Sequence record: ON529852.1
Length of the DNA: 64,000 bases
Reading direction: 5' to 3' (one strand)
Within the stretch, counting starts at the first letter, position 1. Every line of letters starts with the position of its first letter. Of the stretch, positions 54,021-62,273 are shown in pieces. Position numbers and translations under genes: made by a program. The notes under the pieces were generated by a model. The model was not told the origin of the DNA, searched no databases, and saw nothing but the letters and a program-made list of their open reading frames with translations.

Positions 54021-54286
54021 CAGGCTTCGTCCCCGAAACCGTCAGCGTCTTCGTCTTCATCCACGGCGAGATTTTCGATCTCTTCCACGGCGCGCTCGAT
54101 CAGGTCGTGCGTGACGGGCGTGGTGGCCGAGGAGGCGACGTAGATTTCGTCGTCGTCGGTCAGGCCGATGACGACGACCTGCTCCAGGTCAGCGTCCAGG
54201 GCGCCTTCCAGCACCTGGTGGACCGGGACGCGGAACTGCGGGCCTTCGCGCACAATGCGCTGGCGGGTGAACTTCTTGGAACTCAT
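54020..54286 (-). CDS. Acidic hypothetical protein (88 aa)
   Basis: Coupled ORF. Confidence 0.6.
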   Translation of the reverse strand: MSSKKFTRQRIVREGPQFRVPVHQVLEGALDADLEQVVVIGLTDDDEIYVASSATTPVTHDLIERAVEEIENLAVDEDEDADGFGDEA

Positions 54287-54504
54287 GGGAGGGTCTCAGG
54301 GAACAGGTCGTATTGGCGGGGGACGAACCCGGCGCCCTTGCAGGTTTTGCAAGGAACGGTGCGGGCGCGCAGGGTGTAGGAATCGATGTCGTCGGGGTCT
54401 GGCGCGATCCATCCGGCCTGACAGCCGGCGAGGCAGACGGCGTGTTTGTCGTGGTAGGCCTCGGTCATGGCCTTGAGGTCGGCCCTAGTGATCCGGTGAC
54501 GCAT
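54283..54504 (-). CDS. Small DnaJ-type zinc-finger protein
   Basis: CLAGCQAG and CKTCKGAG. Confidence 0.6.
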   Translation of the reverse strand: MRHRITRADLKAMTEAYHDKHAVCLAGCQAGWIAPDPDDIDSYTLRARTVPCKTCKGAGFVPRQYDLFPETLP

Positions 54505-54856
54505 CGAGCGGCAGGCCGGTCTTGAGGTCGAAGGTCAGACCGGCGGCCTTGGCCTCTTCCATCTTGCGCTTGACGTGGGTGAACTCGCAGCACGCGAACT
54601 GGAAGCCGTGGACCACGTCGGCGTAGACGAAGATCGGCAGTTCGCCCGCCAGCTTGGCGGCCGCGAAACGTGACTCCCACGCCGCCTTCAGGCGCACGAT
54701 GTCCAGCGGCGACTCCTTGACCGCCAGATAGTCGGTCTTTTCGGTCGCGAAGGTCGTGTGGACCAGGGTGCGGGCGGTGGAGCCGGGGCGCGCCGAGACG
54801 ATCTGCTCCGGCGCGACGTAGGCATGCTCGCCGGTGGTGAGGGTGAGGCGGATCAT
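54485..54856 (-). CDS. FlbD/SwrD-like protein A (123 aa)
   Basis: MIRLTLTTGE..YVAPEQI..VKESPLDIVRLKAAW. Confidence 0.5.
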   Translation of the reverse strand: MIRLTLTTGEHAYVAPEQIVSARPGSTARTLVHTTFATEKTDYLAVKESPLDIVRLKAAWESRFAAAKLAGELPIFVYADVVHGFQFACCEFTHVKRKMEEAKAAGLTFDLKTGLPLDASPDH

Positions 54857-55170
54857 GCGTGTGCGAGTTCGAAGACGATTTCTTCTTCGCCTTCCCCACT
54901 GAAGTGCGCATACAGCGGGGCGTCGGACACAGCCACGTAAATCTCGCGACGCTCCCACGCAGCCTTGAGTCGCACGACCACGTCGGGCGTTTCGATTACG
55001 TCGATCGGGTCGTGTCCGCCCGACATCAGGACGAAGGTGCGCTCGACGGCGCCCTCTGTCCCTACCGGCACGGAGAAACCGCGCTCGTCGCAGGTATAGG
55101 TCCCGACTTCCTGAATGAAGGCGGGGTTCAACAGGCGCTTGAGGCCGTCAAGCAGGGTCACTTGAATCAC
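54853..55170 (-). CDS. FlbD/SwrD-like protein B (105 aa)
   Basis: MIQVTLLDG...LNPAFI..VIETPDVVVRLKAAW; paralog of A. Confidence 0.5.
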   Translation of the reverse strand: MIQVTLLDGLKRLLNPAFIQEVGTYTCDERGFSVPVGTEGAVERTFVLMSGGHDPIDVIETPDVVVRLKAAWERREIYVAVSDAPLYAHFSGEGEEEIVFELAHA

Positions 55171-55643
55171 AGGATCACCGTCGGCGCCCCAGGCGCCACG
55201 TAGCAGTGGATGGAGTCGCGGAGCCATTCGTCGAAGGCTTCGCGGGTGATGAGGTCGCCTTCACGGGGCGGGATCACGACCAGGGCGCGGAAGTTCTCCT
55301 GCCGGCGGCCGACATAGGTCAGGCCCTTCGCGCCGTAGGGAATGACGCGAACGCCGTCGTGCGCCTCGGTCGGGAAGGACGTCACCAGAGGGATCAGGGC
55401 CTCGGCCTGGGCGTGGCTCGCCACTGCAAAGGCCAGGGCGCCGACCCGCTCCGGGTGGGTGGAGATGGGCCGCGTGAAGCCACCCAGCTTGTAGGCGTCC
55501 ATCTGGGCCTGGGTCGGCTCATGCAGGAAGCGCAGGTGCGTCGGGTAGACGTGCCCGTTGCCGCATCGATCGTTCCCGCCAGGTCGGCGCTCCCGCGAAT
55601 GTCCGCCGTCGCCGCAGACGGGGCAGTAGCCGAGCAGGCTCAT
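55167..55643 (-). CDS. Hypothetical protein with N-terminal Zn ribbon (158 aa)
   Basis: GYCPVCG..RERRPGGNDRCGNGH. Confidence 0.65.
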   Translation of the reverse strand: MSLLGYCPVCGDGGHSRERRPGGNDRCGNGHVYPTHLRFLHEPTQAQMDAYKLGGFTRPISTHPERVGALAFAVASHAQAEALIPLVTSFPTEAHDGVRVIPYGAKGLTYVGRRQENFRALVVIPPREGDLITREAFDEWLRDSIHCYVAPGAPTVIL

Positions 55644-55996
55644 TTCTGAGCCCACGAGACATCGAAGGAGGCGGAGCCGTGATGGCCGCCCTGATTGAAG
55701 CTGACCGCGTATCCGGCTTTCACCAGGGCGCGGTGCGTCGCCACGCGACATTCGTTGATGTAGGACGACGTCAACTGGCCGTCGTGTCGGGGCAGGACGC
55801 TGATGATGTCGACCTGGTCCTTACCAACGCGGGCGGCCGCCACGATCAGGGCTTCGATACGCTCCAGGGCTTCGTCGAGGTCGAAGACGGGCATGAGGCC
55901 GCGCACGGCGTCCGCCGAAGCGATGCCGTTGATGCGCTTGAGGCTCGGTCGTTCCATAGTCGGCTCCGGTTCAGGGCGCGGCGTCGAAGCCCACAT
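55640..55996 (-). CDS. Hypothetical protein, paralog of next ORF
   Basis: Shared VDI..P..AGY.V..SWA. Confidence 0.6.
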   Translation of the reverse strand: MWASTPRPEPEPTMERPSLKRINGIASADAVRGLMPVFDLDEALERIEALIVAAARVGKDQVDIISVLPRHDGQLTSSYINECRVATHRALVKAGYAVSFNQGGHHGSASFDVSWAQK

Positions 55997-56319
55997 CAGG
56001 CGTCGGCCGTTTCCGCCCACGAGAGGTTGATGAAGCCGCGCTTGGCGGGCGAGCCCTCGAAGGTCTCGACCTGATAGCCGGCGTCGGCGAGGGTTTCGAT
56101 CAGCCCCAGGACCGTGGCGTTGCCGGCGATCTTGCCGGTCATCCAAGCGCCCGAGTTGGGCTGGGGGACGATCGTCGAGATGTCGACATGGTCGCGGCCG
56201 AGCGAGACGGCGTTGCGCACGGCGTGGTCGATCTTGGCGTAGACGCCGGTCGGGTCCAGCGCCGGCACATAGGCGCGGGCTTCGGCGGCGGACAGGAGGG
56301 GGAGGGTCTTCTTGGTCAT
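55996..56319 (-). CDS. Hypothetical protein (107 aa)
   Basis: Paralog of preceding ORF. Confidence 0.65.
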   Translation of the reverse strand: MTKKTLPLLSAAEARAYVPALDPTGVYAKIDHAVRNAVSLGRDHVDISTIVPQPNSGAWMTGKIAGNATVLGLIETLADAGYQVETFEGSPAKRGFINLSWAETADA

Positions 56320-56320
56320 G

Positions 56321-57028
56321 TTACTCGGTGGTGGTTTGGGTCGCCAGGTAGGCCTGGATCGACTCGTGGTCGCCGCGCTGGGCGGCTTCGATCTGTTCGC
56401 GGGGAAGGCCCGTCATCCGCATGAGACTGCGGATGTTCCGCTCCGCCAGTTCAGCCGGCGTCACCTCGGGGATGACGAAGGTCTGGGGGTCCTTCATCTG
56501 ACCGAACATCCAGGTCTTGATCTGGGCGCGGTGCGCGACTTCCCAGGCGCGGACCGCATCCTGGAGCAGACGCTGAAGGTCTTCTTCGGCCGTGACGTCG
56601 TCCGGGCTGCGGATGAAAATCCAATCGCCGGCCGCCTTCGTGAGGGCCGAGATCAGGGCGATCGTGGCGGCTTCAGCGTCGCCGGTCAGGCCGTCCCAGC
56701 CGTCCTCGCCCCAGCAGTCCTCATTGGCCTCCATGAAGAGGTCCAGGACTGCTTCACTGTCGAAACGAAGCGCACCGGTGGCCTGGTATTCAGCCAGCAG
56801 CGCCTGGGTGTCGAACGCCGGCGGCACGGTGGTGCGCTTGTCGGCTTCACAGACGTAAATCGTGACTCCAGGCTCAGGACCGAAGGTCGTTTCGACCGCC
56901 TGCTTGAGCGCGTGCGCCTTGGCCTCCTCGAAGCTGTCGAACGGCCCGTGGGCGTATTCGAACTCTTCGTGGTCAGCCCAGTAGAAGCGGAAGACGCCGT
57001 CGGAGGGTGAATCGTCCCAGAGCGCCAT
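56321..57028 (-). CDS. Hypothetical acidic protein (235 aa)
   Basis: Coupled ORF. Confidence 0.65.
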   Translation of the reverse strand: MALWDDSPSDGVFRFYWADHEEFEYAHGPFDSFEEAKAHALKQAVETTFGPEPGVTIYVCEADKRTTVPPAFDTQALLAEYQATGALRFDSEAVLDLFMEANEDCWGEDGWDGLTGDAEAATIALISALTKAAGDWIFIRSPDDVTAEEDLQRLLQDAVRAWEVAHRAQIKTWMFGQMKDPQTFVIPEVTPAELAERNIRSLMRMTGLPREQIEAAQRGDHESIQAYLATQTTTE

Positions 57029-57207
57029 CAGCGCGCGCCTTCCAGGGCCGCGACCAGGACGCCGATCTCGGCCCGGTGCAGGACGAAGCGGCGATCGCCC
57101 ATGTAGGTCTCGCCCGAGGTCTGCTCAACCAGGATGAAGGGCGAGTTGGGATCGCACTCGACGACGTCGCCCTGCGGATTGCAGGGATAGATGGTGAAGG
57201 CGGTCAT
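57028..57207 (-). CDS. Hypothetical protein (59 aa, absent from ORF track)
   Basis: ATGA/TGATG overlaps. Confidence 0.55.
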   Translation of the reverse strand: MTAFTIYPCNPQGDVVECDPNSPFILVEQTSGETYMGDRRFVLHRAEIGVLVAALEGAR

Positions 57208-57551
57208 GCCGCGAAATCCTTGCGCAGGGCGTAGACGACCGGGTTGGCGACGACGTCTTCGGCCTTCGCGATGGTCTCGGTGATCTGGGCGTGCGCCTTG
57301 GTGATCGCCTCGACGTCGATGTCCAGGCGCTCGGCCGGGCTGCCTTGCAGCAGGTTGTAGAGGCGCGCCTGCTCGTGGCGCAGCGAGGCGATGCCGACGC
57401 CCTTGAAGGCCAGCAGGCCCAGGCTGATGTCGCCGGCCTGGTAGCGCGCCAGCACGTCGTTGAAGCGGCCGTCCGCGTTGTTGGCGGCGATGTAGTCCAA
57501 GGCGTCCTGCTCGGACTCCGTCGGGGATTGGAGATGCGGTTGCACGGTCAT
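57204..57551 (-). CDS. Hypothetical protein (115 aa)
   Basis: Paralog of next ORF (EQDALDY vs QEDALAY). Confidence 0.65.
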   Translation of the reverse strand: MTVQPHLQSPTESEQDALDYIAANNADGRFNDVLARYQAGDISLGLLAFKGVGIASLRHEQARLYNLLQGSPAERLDIDVEAITKAHAQITETIAKAEDVVANPVVYALRKDFAA

Positions 57552-57555
57552 GGGC

Positions 57556-57795
57556 TTAGAGGGCTCGCGGCGTGAAGTAGATCACCGGCTGGGCGATCGA
57601 GATTTCAGCCTGTTTGATGATGTCGTCGTACTTGCCCAGGACGTTCGCCTGCTTGAGGATGTGCAGGCTCGGACCGAGGTAGCGGATGATGCCGACGTTG
57701 ATCTTGCCGGCGGCGTAATCTTCCAGAGTCTGGTCGTAGACTCCGGTCTGGTTGTTCGCCCGCATGTACGCGAGGGCGTCTTCCTGGTTGGTCAT
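57556..57795 (-). CDS. Hypothetical protein (79 aa)
   Basis: Paralog of preceding ORF. Confidence 0.6.
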   Translation of the reverse strand: MTNQEDALAYMRANNQTGVYDQTLEDYAAGKINVGIIRYLGPSLHILKQANVLGKYDDIIKQAEISIAQPVIYFTPRAL

Positions 57796-57803
57796 GGTAC
57801 TCG

Positions 57804-58193
57804 TTACTTGGCAGGATAACTCGGCGCAGTCCGCTGGCTTTGATCCGTCGCGTCGTAGCGGCAGACCGCGCCTTCGAACGGCGGCGTGGTGTGGCGATAG
57901 GTGGTCGGCGCGCTGACCTCAGCCTGGACCAGGATCGCCTCGATCAGGTCCTTGACCGCGACGCCCGCGTCGACGGCCGCCGCAATCACCATACGGGCCA
58001 GTTCCGGCGCCTTGGGCTTGATGGGCGGGGCGGCGGTGATGGTGGTATCCGGCGTGCACAGGTTGTTGATGAGGTTGGCCTGGGCGGCGCTGCCGATCAC
58101 GAGGGCCTGGTCAGGCCGCAGGCCGGAGACGCCGCCTCGGGCGTAACGATCGCGCGCGACCTCGCGCTCAACCTGGGCGAAGATGTCGGTCAT
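57804..58193 (-). CDS. Hypothetical protein (129 aa)
   Basis: Coupled ORF. Confidence 0.6.
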   Translation of the reverse strand: MTDIFAQVEREVARDRYARGGVSGLRPDQALVIGSAAQANLINNLCTPDTTITAAPPIKPKAPELARMVIAAAVDAGVAVKDLIEAILVQAEVSAPTTYRHTTPPFEGAVCRYDATDQSQRTAPSYPAK

Positions 58194-59176
58194 CAGTGCC
58201 GCCCCACGACGGAATGGATCGCCGTGCCGTGCCAGGGGTAGGACGGCGGAGAAGCGGGGTTGGCCCGGCGGAAACCTTCCACGTATGCGGCAGGTGCGTC
58301 ATTATGTGGCGTGGCGTAGGCTTCGCCGGGCTTGGGGAACACGCCCTGGGTCAGGTACGCGTAACGGTGCAGGAACCGCAGGCGCGCTTCGAGCGGCGAC
58401 CAGGGTTCGATGGTGAAGGGGAGCGGCTCGACGTCGCGCAGCATCGTCCAGACGGCGTCATCGTCGGCGCGGCGCGGCATCAGATCGCGCTTCTCGGTCG
58501 CCAGCATCACCAGGTCGATCGCCTTGACCTCGGGGCTCAAGGTGGTCGGCACGCCGAAGGTGGTGAAGATGCAGTTCTCGACGCGGGCCTCGACCGTCTT
58601 GTAGCAAGGCAGAAGCTGCTTCAGCGGGCTCGACATATCGCCGATGACGCTCTCGGCGCCGTCGTGCAGCAAGGCCGCCAACTCATGACCGGGTTCGCAG
58701 TTCTCGCTCGCCAGGACCGAATGCTGGGCGATCGTGTAGATCGCGTCGTATGGGACGTGGTCGCCAAGCTGGCCCGTGAAACGACACAGCCGTGACAGGC
58801 CGGCGGCGATGTCCTCGATCGACAGAGGGGTGTCGCACGGGTTGAGGAAGTCGAAGTAGACGCCCGAAGCCAACTGGATCGACGGATACATCTTCAGCGG
58901 GGCGGTGGTCTTGGCGCGGGCGTTGATCGCCGCGACGTGAAGAGCGTTCTGGTCGTCCCGGTTCGCCTTCACCAGATCGAGATAGGCCTGGGCGACCAGG
59001 GCGGCGTCAGTGCCGGGATCGGAGGCGCCCGAGCGGTAATCCGCGCCGCCGATCCGCGTCTTCATGGTCAAGCGGAACGCGGCGCGCTCAAGTTGGACCT
59101 CGGTCATCGACAGGCGGTTGTTGTCCACTTGGACGTCGCGCTCTCGATTGTTGCGGGCGGTGTCGGAAAGGGGCAC
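58193..59176 (-). CDS. HD-domain hydrolase (YfbR-like nucleotidase) with N-terminal extension
   Basis: IEDIA.GLSRLCRF.G; YTIAQHSV; LLHDGAE..IGDMSSPLK; DLVMLATEKRDL. Confidence 0.88.
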   Translation of the reverse strand: MPLSDTARNNRERDVQVDNNRLSMTEVQLERAAFRLTMKTRIGGADYRSGASDPGTDAALVAQAYLDLVKANRDDQNALHVAAINARAKTTAPLKMYPSIQLASGVYFDFLNPCDTPLSIEDIAAGLSRLCRFTGQLGDHVPYDAIYTIAQHSVLASENCEPGHELAALLHDGAESVIGDMSSPLKQLLPCYKTVEARVENCIFTTFGVPTTLSPEVKAIDLVMLATEKRDLMPRRADDDAVWTMLRDVEPLPFTIEPWSPLEARLRFLHRYAYLTQGVFPKPGEAYATPHNDAPAAYVEGFRRANPASPPSYPWHGTAIHSVVGRH

Positions 59177-59268
59177 TGGTGCAGGGTCCAGATATGGTTA
59201 ACGCCAGTCGTTGTGTCACGACTGGCGTCCCATGTCAACAATACTGGCAATCAATGTTGCCGAAGGAG

Positions 59269-59634
59269 TCAGTCACAACCCCCGCCGCCGTCACCGCCGC
59301 TGCTGCCTCCACCGGACGAGCACGAACCGCCCGAATGATAGCTGCCGCTGCTGGACGAGGCGCCGTACTCGACATAGCCGAAGTCCACGATCTCCGACCG
59401 GTAGGGCGTTCGGGATGCGGCGGACGGCTTGCGGTAGACATCGGCTTTGGCGGTCTGGAACGACGGCGAGGGCTCGCGCGTGTGACGGGCGCGGGCCGCC
59501 GAAGCGGACGCCGCCACGTTGGCGCGCACTTGCGCCTCGTGTCGACGATTGGCGGCGGCGATCGCGCCGCGCGCCCACAGGATCAAGGCGATGGTGAGGG
59601 CGATGACGACCCCGATGGTGATGGCGAGCCCCAT
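59269..59634 (-). CDS. N-terminally anchored membrane protein with Ser/Gly-rich tail
   Basis: TM segment then SSGSYHSGGSCSSGGGSSGGDGGGGCD. Confidence 0.7.
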   Translation of the reverse strand: MGLAITIGVVIALTIALILWARGAIAAANRRHEAQVRANVAASASAARARHTREPSPSFQTAKADVYRKPSAASRTPYRSEIVDFGYVEYGASSSSGSYHSGGSCSSGGGSSGGDGGGGCD

Positions 59635-59655
59635 GCTCGTCTCCTTATGTTACGG

Positions 59656-59994
59656 TCAAAAAGGACGCCGACGGCGCACGGCCGTTCCGCCCGAGGGTGC
59701 GGCCTTGTCGGAGCCGCCGCGAGGTTGGTAGCCTCGGCCCCGTCCGCACCCCAGGGCGACGCTCAGGATCAGCAAGGCGAGGATGCAGGTCAGCAACCAC
59801 ATCGGTTCAACTCCATTCCGGCATGGTCAGCGTCAGGTAGGTCAGGCCGCCCGCCACGAACAGGGCGATGGCGCCCAGGATCACATTGATCGCCCACATC
59901 AGCGACGTCCTTCCGAAGGCAGCCACAGCACCGAGGCGACTTCCACGGCGGTGGCGGCGAGCAGCACGAACAGGATCAGGTGCGGCAGCGTCAT
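59656..59994 (-). CDS. Three tiny coupled single-TM ORFs (59899-59994, 59807-59899, 59656-59802)
   Basis: MTLPHLILFVLLAATAVEVASVLW.., MWAINVILGAIALFVAGGLTYLTL.., MWLLTCILALLILSVALGC.. Confidence 0.55.
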
Positions 59995-60287
59995 CAGAGT
60001 CGCCCCGACATGAAGGCGCGGTGCAGCCCCATGACCTGGGCGTCGGTCGCCTTCTTGGTCTGGGCCGGCAGGAGGCGGCGGCACATGGCGATGATCTGGG
60101 CGTCGCGCGCTTCGCCGTCCGGCTCGGGAGCAGTGTCGTACTGGGTGAAGCGGGCGATGTAGGCGCGGCTGGTCATGGCCCCGGAGGCCTTGGCGCGATC
60201 CTCTTCCACCTTCGGATTGATGCGGGTCGGCCGCACCGGCGATTGCGCGGCGTCCGGGCGCGGCTTGCGTTCAGTCTGTCGGCTCAA
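59994..60287 (-). CDS. Hypothetical protein (start uncertain)
   Basis: TTG overlapping upstream TGA, or ATG 60176. Confidence 0.5.
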   Translation of the reverse strand: MSRQTERKPRPDAAQSPVRPTRINPKVEEDRAKASGAMTSRAYIARFTQYDTAPEPDGEARDAQIIAMCRRLLPAQTKKATDAQVMGLHRAFMSGRL

Positions 60288-60703
60288 AGGATCAGGCTCC
60301 GAATGGGACCGCCGGAATGGATGTCCAGCTTGATGGCGGCCTCGACCGCCTCGACCGCTGAGGCGCCGGCCAGCATTGCGCCCATCGCCAGGTCGCCGCC
60401 GGAACCGAACGCCACCACGCCGGTGGTGTTGATCCAGGGACCTTGCGAGCCCCAGACGACCATGGTGCCGTCCGGCGCGATGACGAAGCCGTTGGCGTTG
60501 TTGCTGCCCTCGACCGGGCACTTGCCCCGCATGCCGCCGCGCACCCATTCAGAGAAACGGTGGCAGATGGCGGTGCAGCCGGCCCCGCCGATCAGCACAC
60601 GACCATGCCGCCAAATCTTCTGCGAGAACCCGTCCCGCTGCCCGCCGGACGTCACGAGGGAATCGGCGGCGAGCACGCCGTCCTTGAATGCTATCGTTGT
60701 TAT
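60284..60703 (-). CDS. Ntn-hydrolase/HslV-like protein, apparent ATA start
   Basis: (M)TTIAFKDGVLAADS, GSG..A.GAM..GASA.EAV.AA..D..SGG. Confidence 0.7.
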   Translation of the reverse strand: MTTIAFKDGVLAADSLVTSGGQRDGFSQKIWRHGRVLIGGAGCTAICHRFSEWVRGGMRGKCPVEGSNNANGFVIAPDGTMVVWGSQGPWINTTGVVAFGSGGDLAMGAMLAGASAVEAVEAAIKLDIHSGGPIRSLIL

Positions 60704-61149
60704 GATCCTCCCTCCATGTAACGCAGGAGTAGCCGGACCTCTTCAACCGTAGCATCCTTTTTCAATTGATTGGCACGGTTACTAATGACGCGGACGTTAT
60801 CCGGCGTGTATCCTTTCGCATTATCGAAACGATCCACACTGGGACTGTCATGCAAACCCGTAGCATTTCCGGAGCGCCCCAAGACGAGAGGAATGCCCAG
60901 AACGGGACAAATCTCAGGGACGATCAGATCGGCACCAACCAGGGTGCATTCGAAGCCGCGCTTTTTGGCGCGGTGACGTAGGCGGGGGAGAATCTGCACG
61001 CCCCACTGCTGCGGGTCGGCGCGGCGGCGTTGAGTTGCCGCTTTCTCGGCCTCCCGCCATGTGCGTCGAAGCATCTTCTTCCGCTCGGCGTACTCAGGGC
61101 GCCGCGCTATATCGTAGGCGCGGCGGGCTTCTTTTGCCTCGGAAGACAT
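60700..61149 (-). CDS. HNH-type homing endonuclease
   Basis: CPVLGIPL..PSVDRFDNAKGYTPDNVRVISNRAN..K; visibly lower GC. Confidence 0.85.
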   Translation of the reverse strand: MSSEAKEARRAYDIARRPEYAERKKMLRRTWREAEKAATQRRRADPQQWGVQILPRLRHRAKKRGFECTLVGADLIVPEICPVLGIPLVLGRSGNATGLHDSPSVDRFDNAKGYTPDNVRVISNRANQLKKDATVEEVRLLLRYMEGGS

Positions 61150-61155
61150 ACTTTA

Positions 61156-61443
61156 CTAGGTTCGCGGTTTGATGTTGCGGAAGTCCGCAGGCAGAGGCCA
61201 GCAGGTGATCAGGATGTCGTCGACGAACACATAGAGATGTCCGGCGTGGACCCGCATGTTGTTGGCGGTCCGCTCGCGCAGATAGACCCCGTCCAGGTAA
61301 CGCCGAAACTTGCCGGAGAACTGACTGTGGGTCGCGCCCTTCTCCAGGGCGGCGGCGGCCTGCCGTTCAACGGCGCGGCGGGGTAGACCCAGGCGTTTCC
61401 GCACTCTCAGGTCCGCGTGGTCGGTCACTTGAACATCGGTCAT
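61156..61443 (-). CDS. Hypothetical protein (95 aa)
   Basis: VTDHA..R.RKRLG pattern; own TTGACA promoter near 61473. Confidence 0.65.
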   Translation of the reverse strand: MTDVQVTDHADLRVRKRLGLPRRAVERQAAAALEKGATHSQFSGKFRRYLDGVYLRERTANNMRVHAGHLYVFVDDILITCWPLPADFRNIKPRT

Positions 61444-61482
61444 GCTGCATTGTCAGCTATCCCGGCATTCAGTGTCAAGGAT

Positions 61483-61677
61483 TCAGTGATCCGGGGAGAG
61501 CGTTTTCGCCGGCGTCGTTTCGGCCAGCGCCTTGTAGTCCTCCTCGGACATCAGGACGTAACGGTGGTAGCCGTCCACGATCACCAGGGGCTCGACATAG
61601 GCCTTGCGGGCGAAGTTCGACCAGTGGTCGCGAATCTGGCCGGCGGAGATGCGCAGCAGGCCGTTGAAGCTGATCAT
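61483..61677 (-). CDS. Phd/YefM-like antitoxin (orphan)
   Basis: ISAGQIRDHWSNFARKA..EPLVIV.....YVLMS.EDY..L. Confidence 0.65.
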   Translation of the reverse strand: MISFNGLLRISAGQIRDHWSNFARKAYVEPLVIVDGYHRYVLMSEEDYKALAETTPAKTLSPDH

Positions 61678-61913
61678 TGCGGACGATCCTTGAAACCGAA
61701 CTGGGCGGGGGCGCCGTAGTTGGGGGCGTAGGCCGAGTAATCCTGATCATTCAGGATCACCCCATGGAAGTTGCGCATGTAGCGCCGATAGAAGATGTGG
61801 GCGCTCTTGGCGTCGTCTTCATCGAAAGCCAACTGCCGGCCGTTGACCTGGGCGCCGAACGCCTCCAGCTTGGCCGTGCCGGACGGGTTGAGCGTGAAGA
61901 TGAACCGGGTCAC
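61674..61913 (-). CDS. Hypothetical protein (79 aa)
   Basis: Coupled ORF. Confidence 0.6.
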   Translation of the reverse strand: MTRFIFTLNPSGTAKLEAFGAQVNGRQLAFDEDDAKSAHIFYRRYMRNFHGVILNDQDYSAYAPNYGAPAQFGFKDRPQ

Positions 61914-62080
61914 ATCGTCTCCGCGATGAACTGTTCATCCCACTCGCCGATTCCCATCGTCGCCGGCCAGTGGTCAGGGTCCAGCGCGTTGTGGGCGCGC
62001 CACTTGTCGGCGAAGGCGGTGATCTCGGCCTGAAGGCGCGCGACGTACTGATCCAGTGTGAGTTCGGTCGGCTCAGGCAT
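61910..62080 (-). CDS. Hypothetical protein (56 aa)
   Basis: GGAGA upstream. Confidence 0.55.
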   Translation of the reverse strand: MPEPTELTLDQYVARLQAEITAFADKWRAHNALDPDHWPATMGIGEWDEQFIAETM

Positions 62081-62273
62081 CAGGCGTCTCCAGTTCGGCC
62101 TGCTTCTGACGGCGGGCGTGGTGTCCGGCGATGCGGGCCTGTCGGTCCCGCTCTTCACGCCAGTATTTGAGGCGGATCACCAGCCGCGCCATCTGCTCCT
62201 CCATGGAGGCGACCTGGTTCTCCAGGACGATGCAGCGCTGCGCGGCGGCGGCCGAGAGGATGGTGTCGCTCAT
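62073..62273 (-). CDS. Small coiled-coil protein
   Basis: Coupled ORF. Confidence 0.55.
   Translation of the reverse strand: MSDTILSAAAAQRCIVLENQVASMEEQMARLVIRLKYWREERDRQARIAGHHARRQKQAELETPDA

Noticed and set aside
60700-61149. Group I intron around the HNH gene
   Set aside because: The ORF fills the whole interval with no room for the P/Q/R/S core, so it is a free-standing endonuclease.
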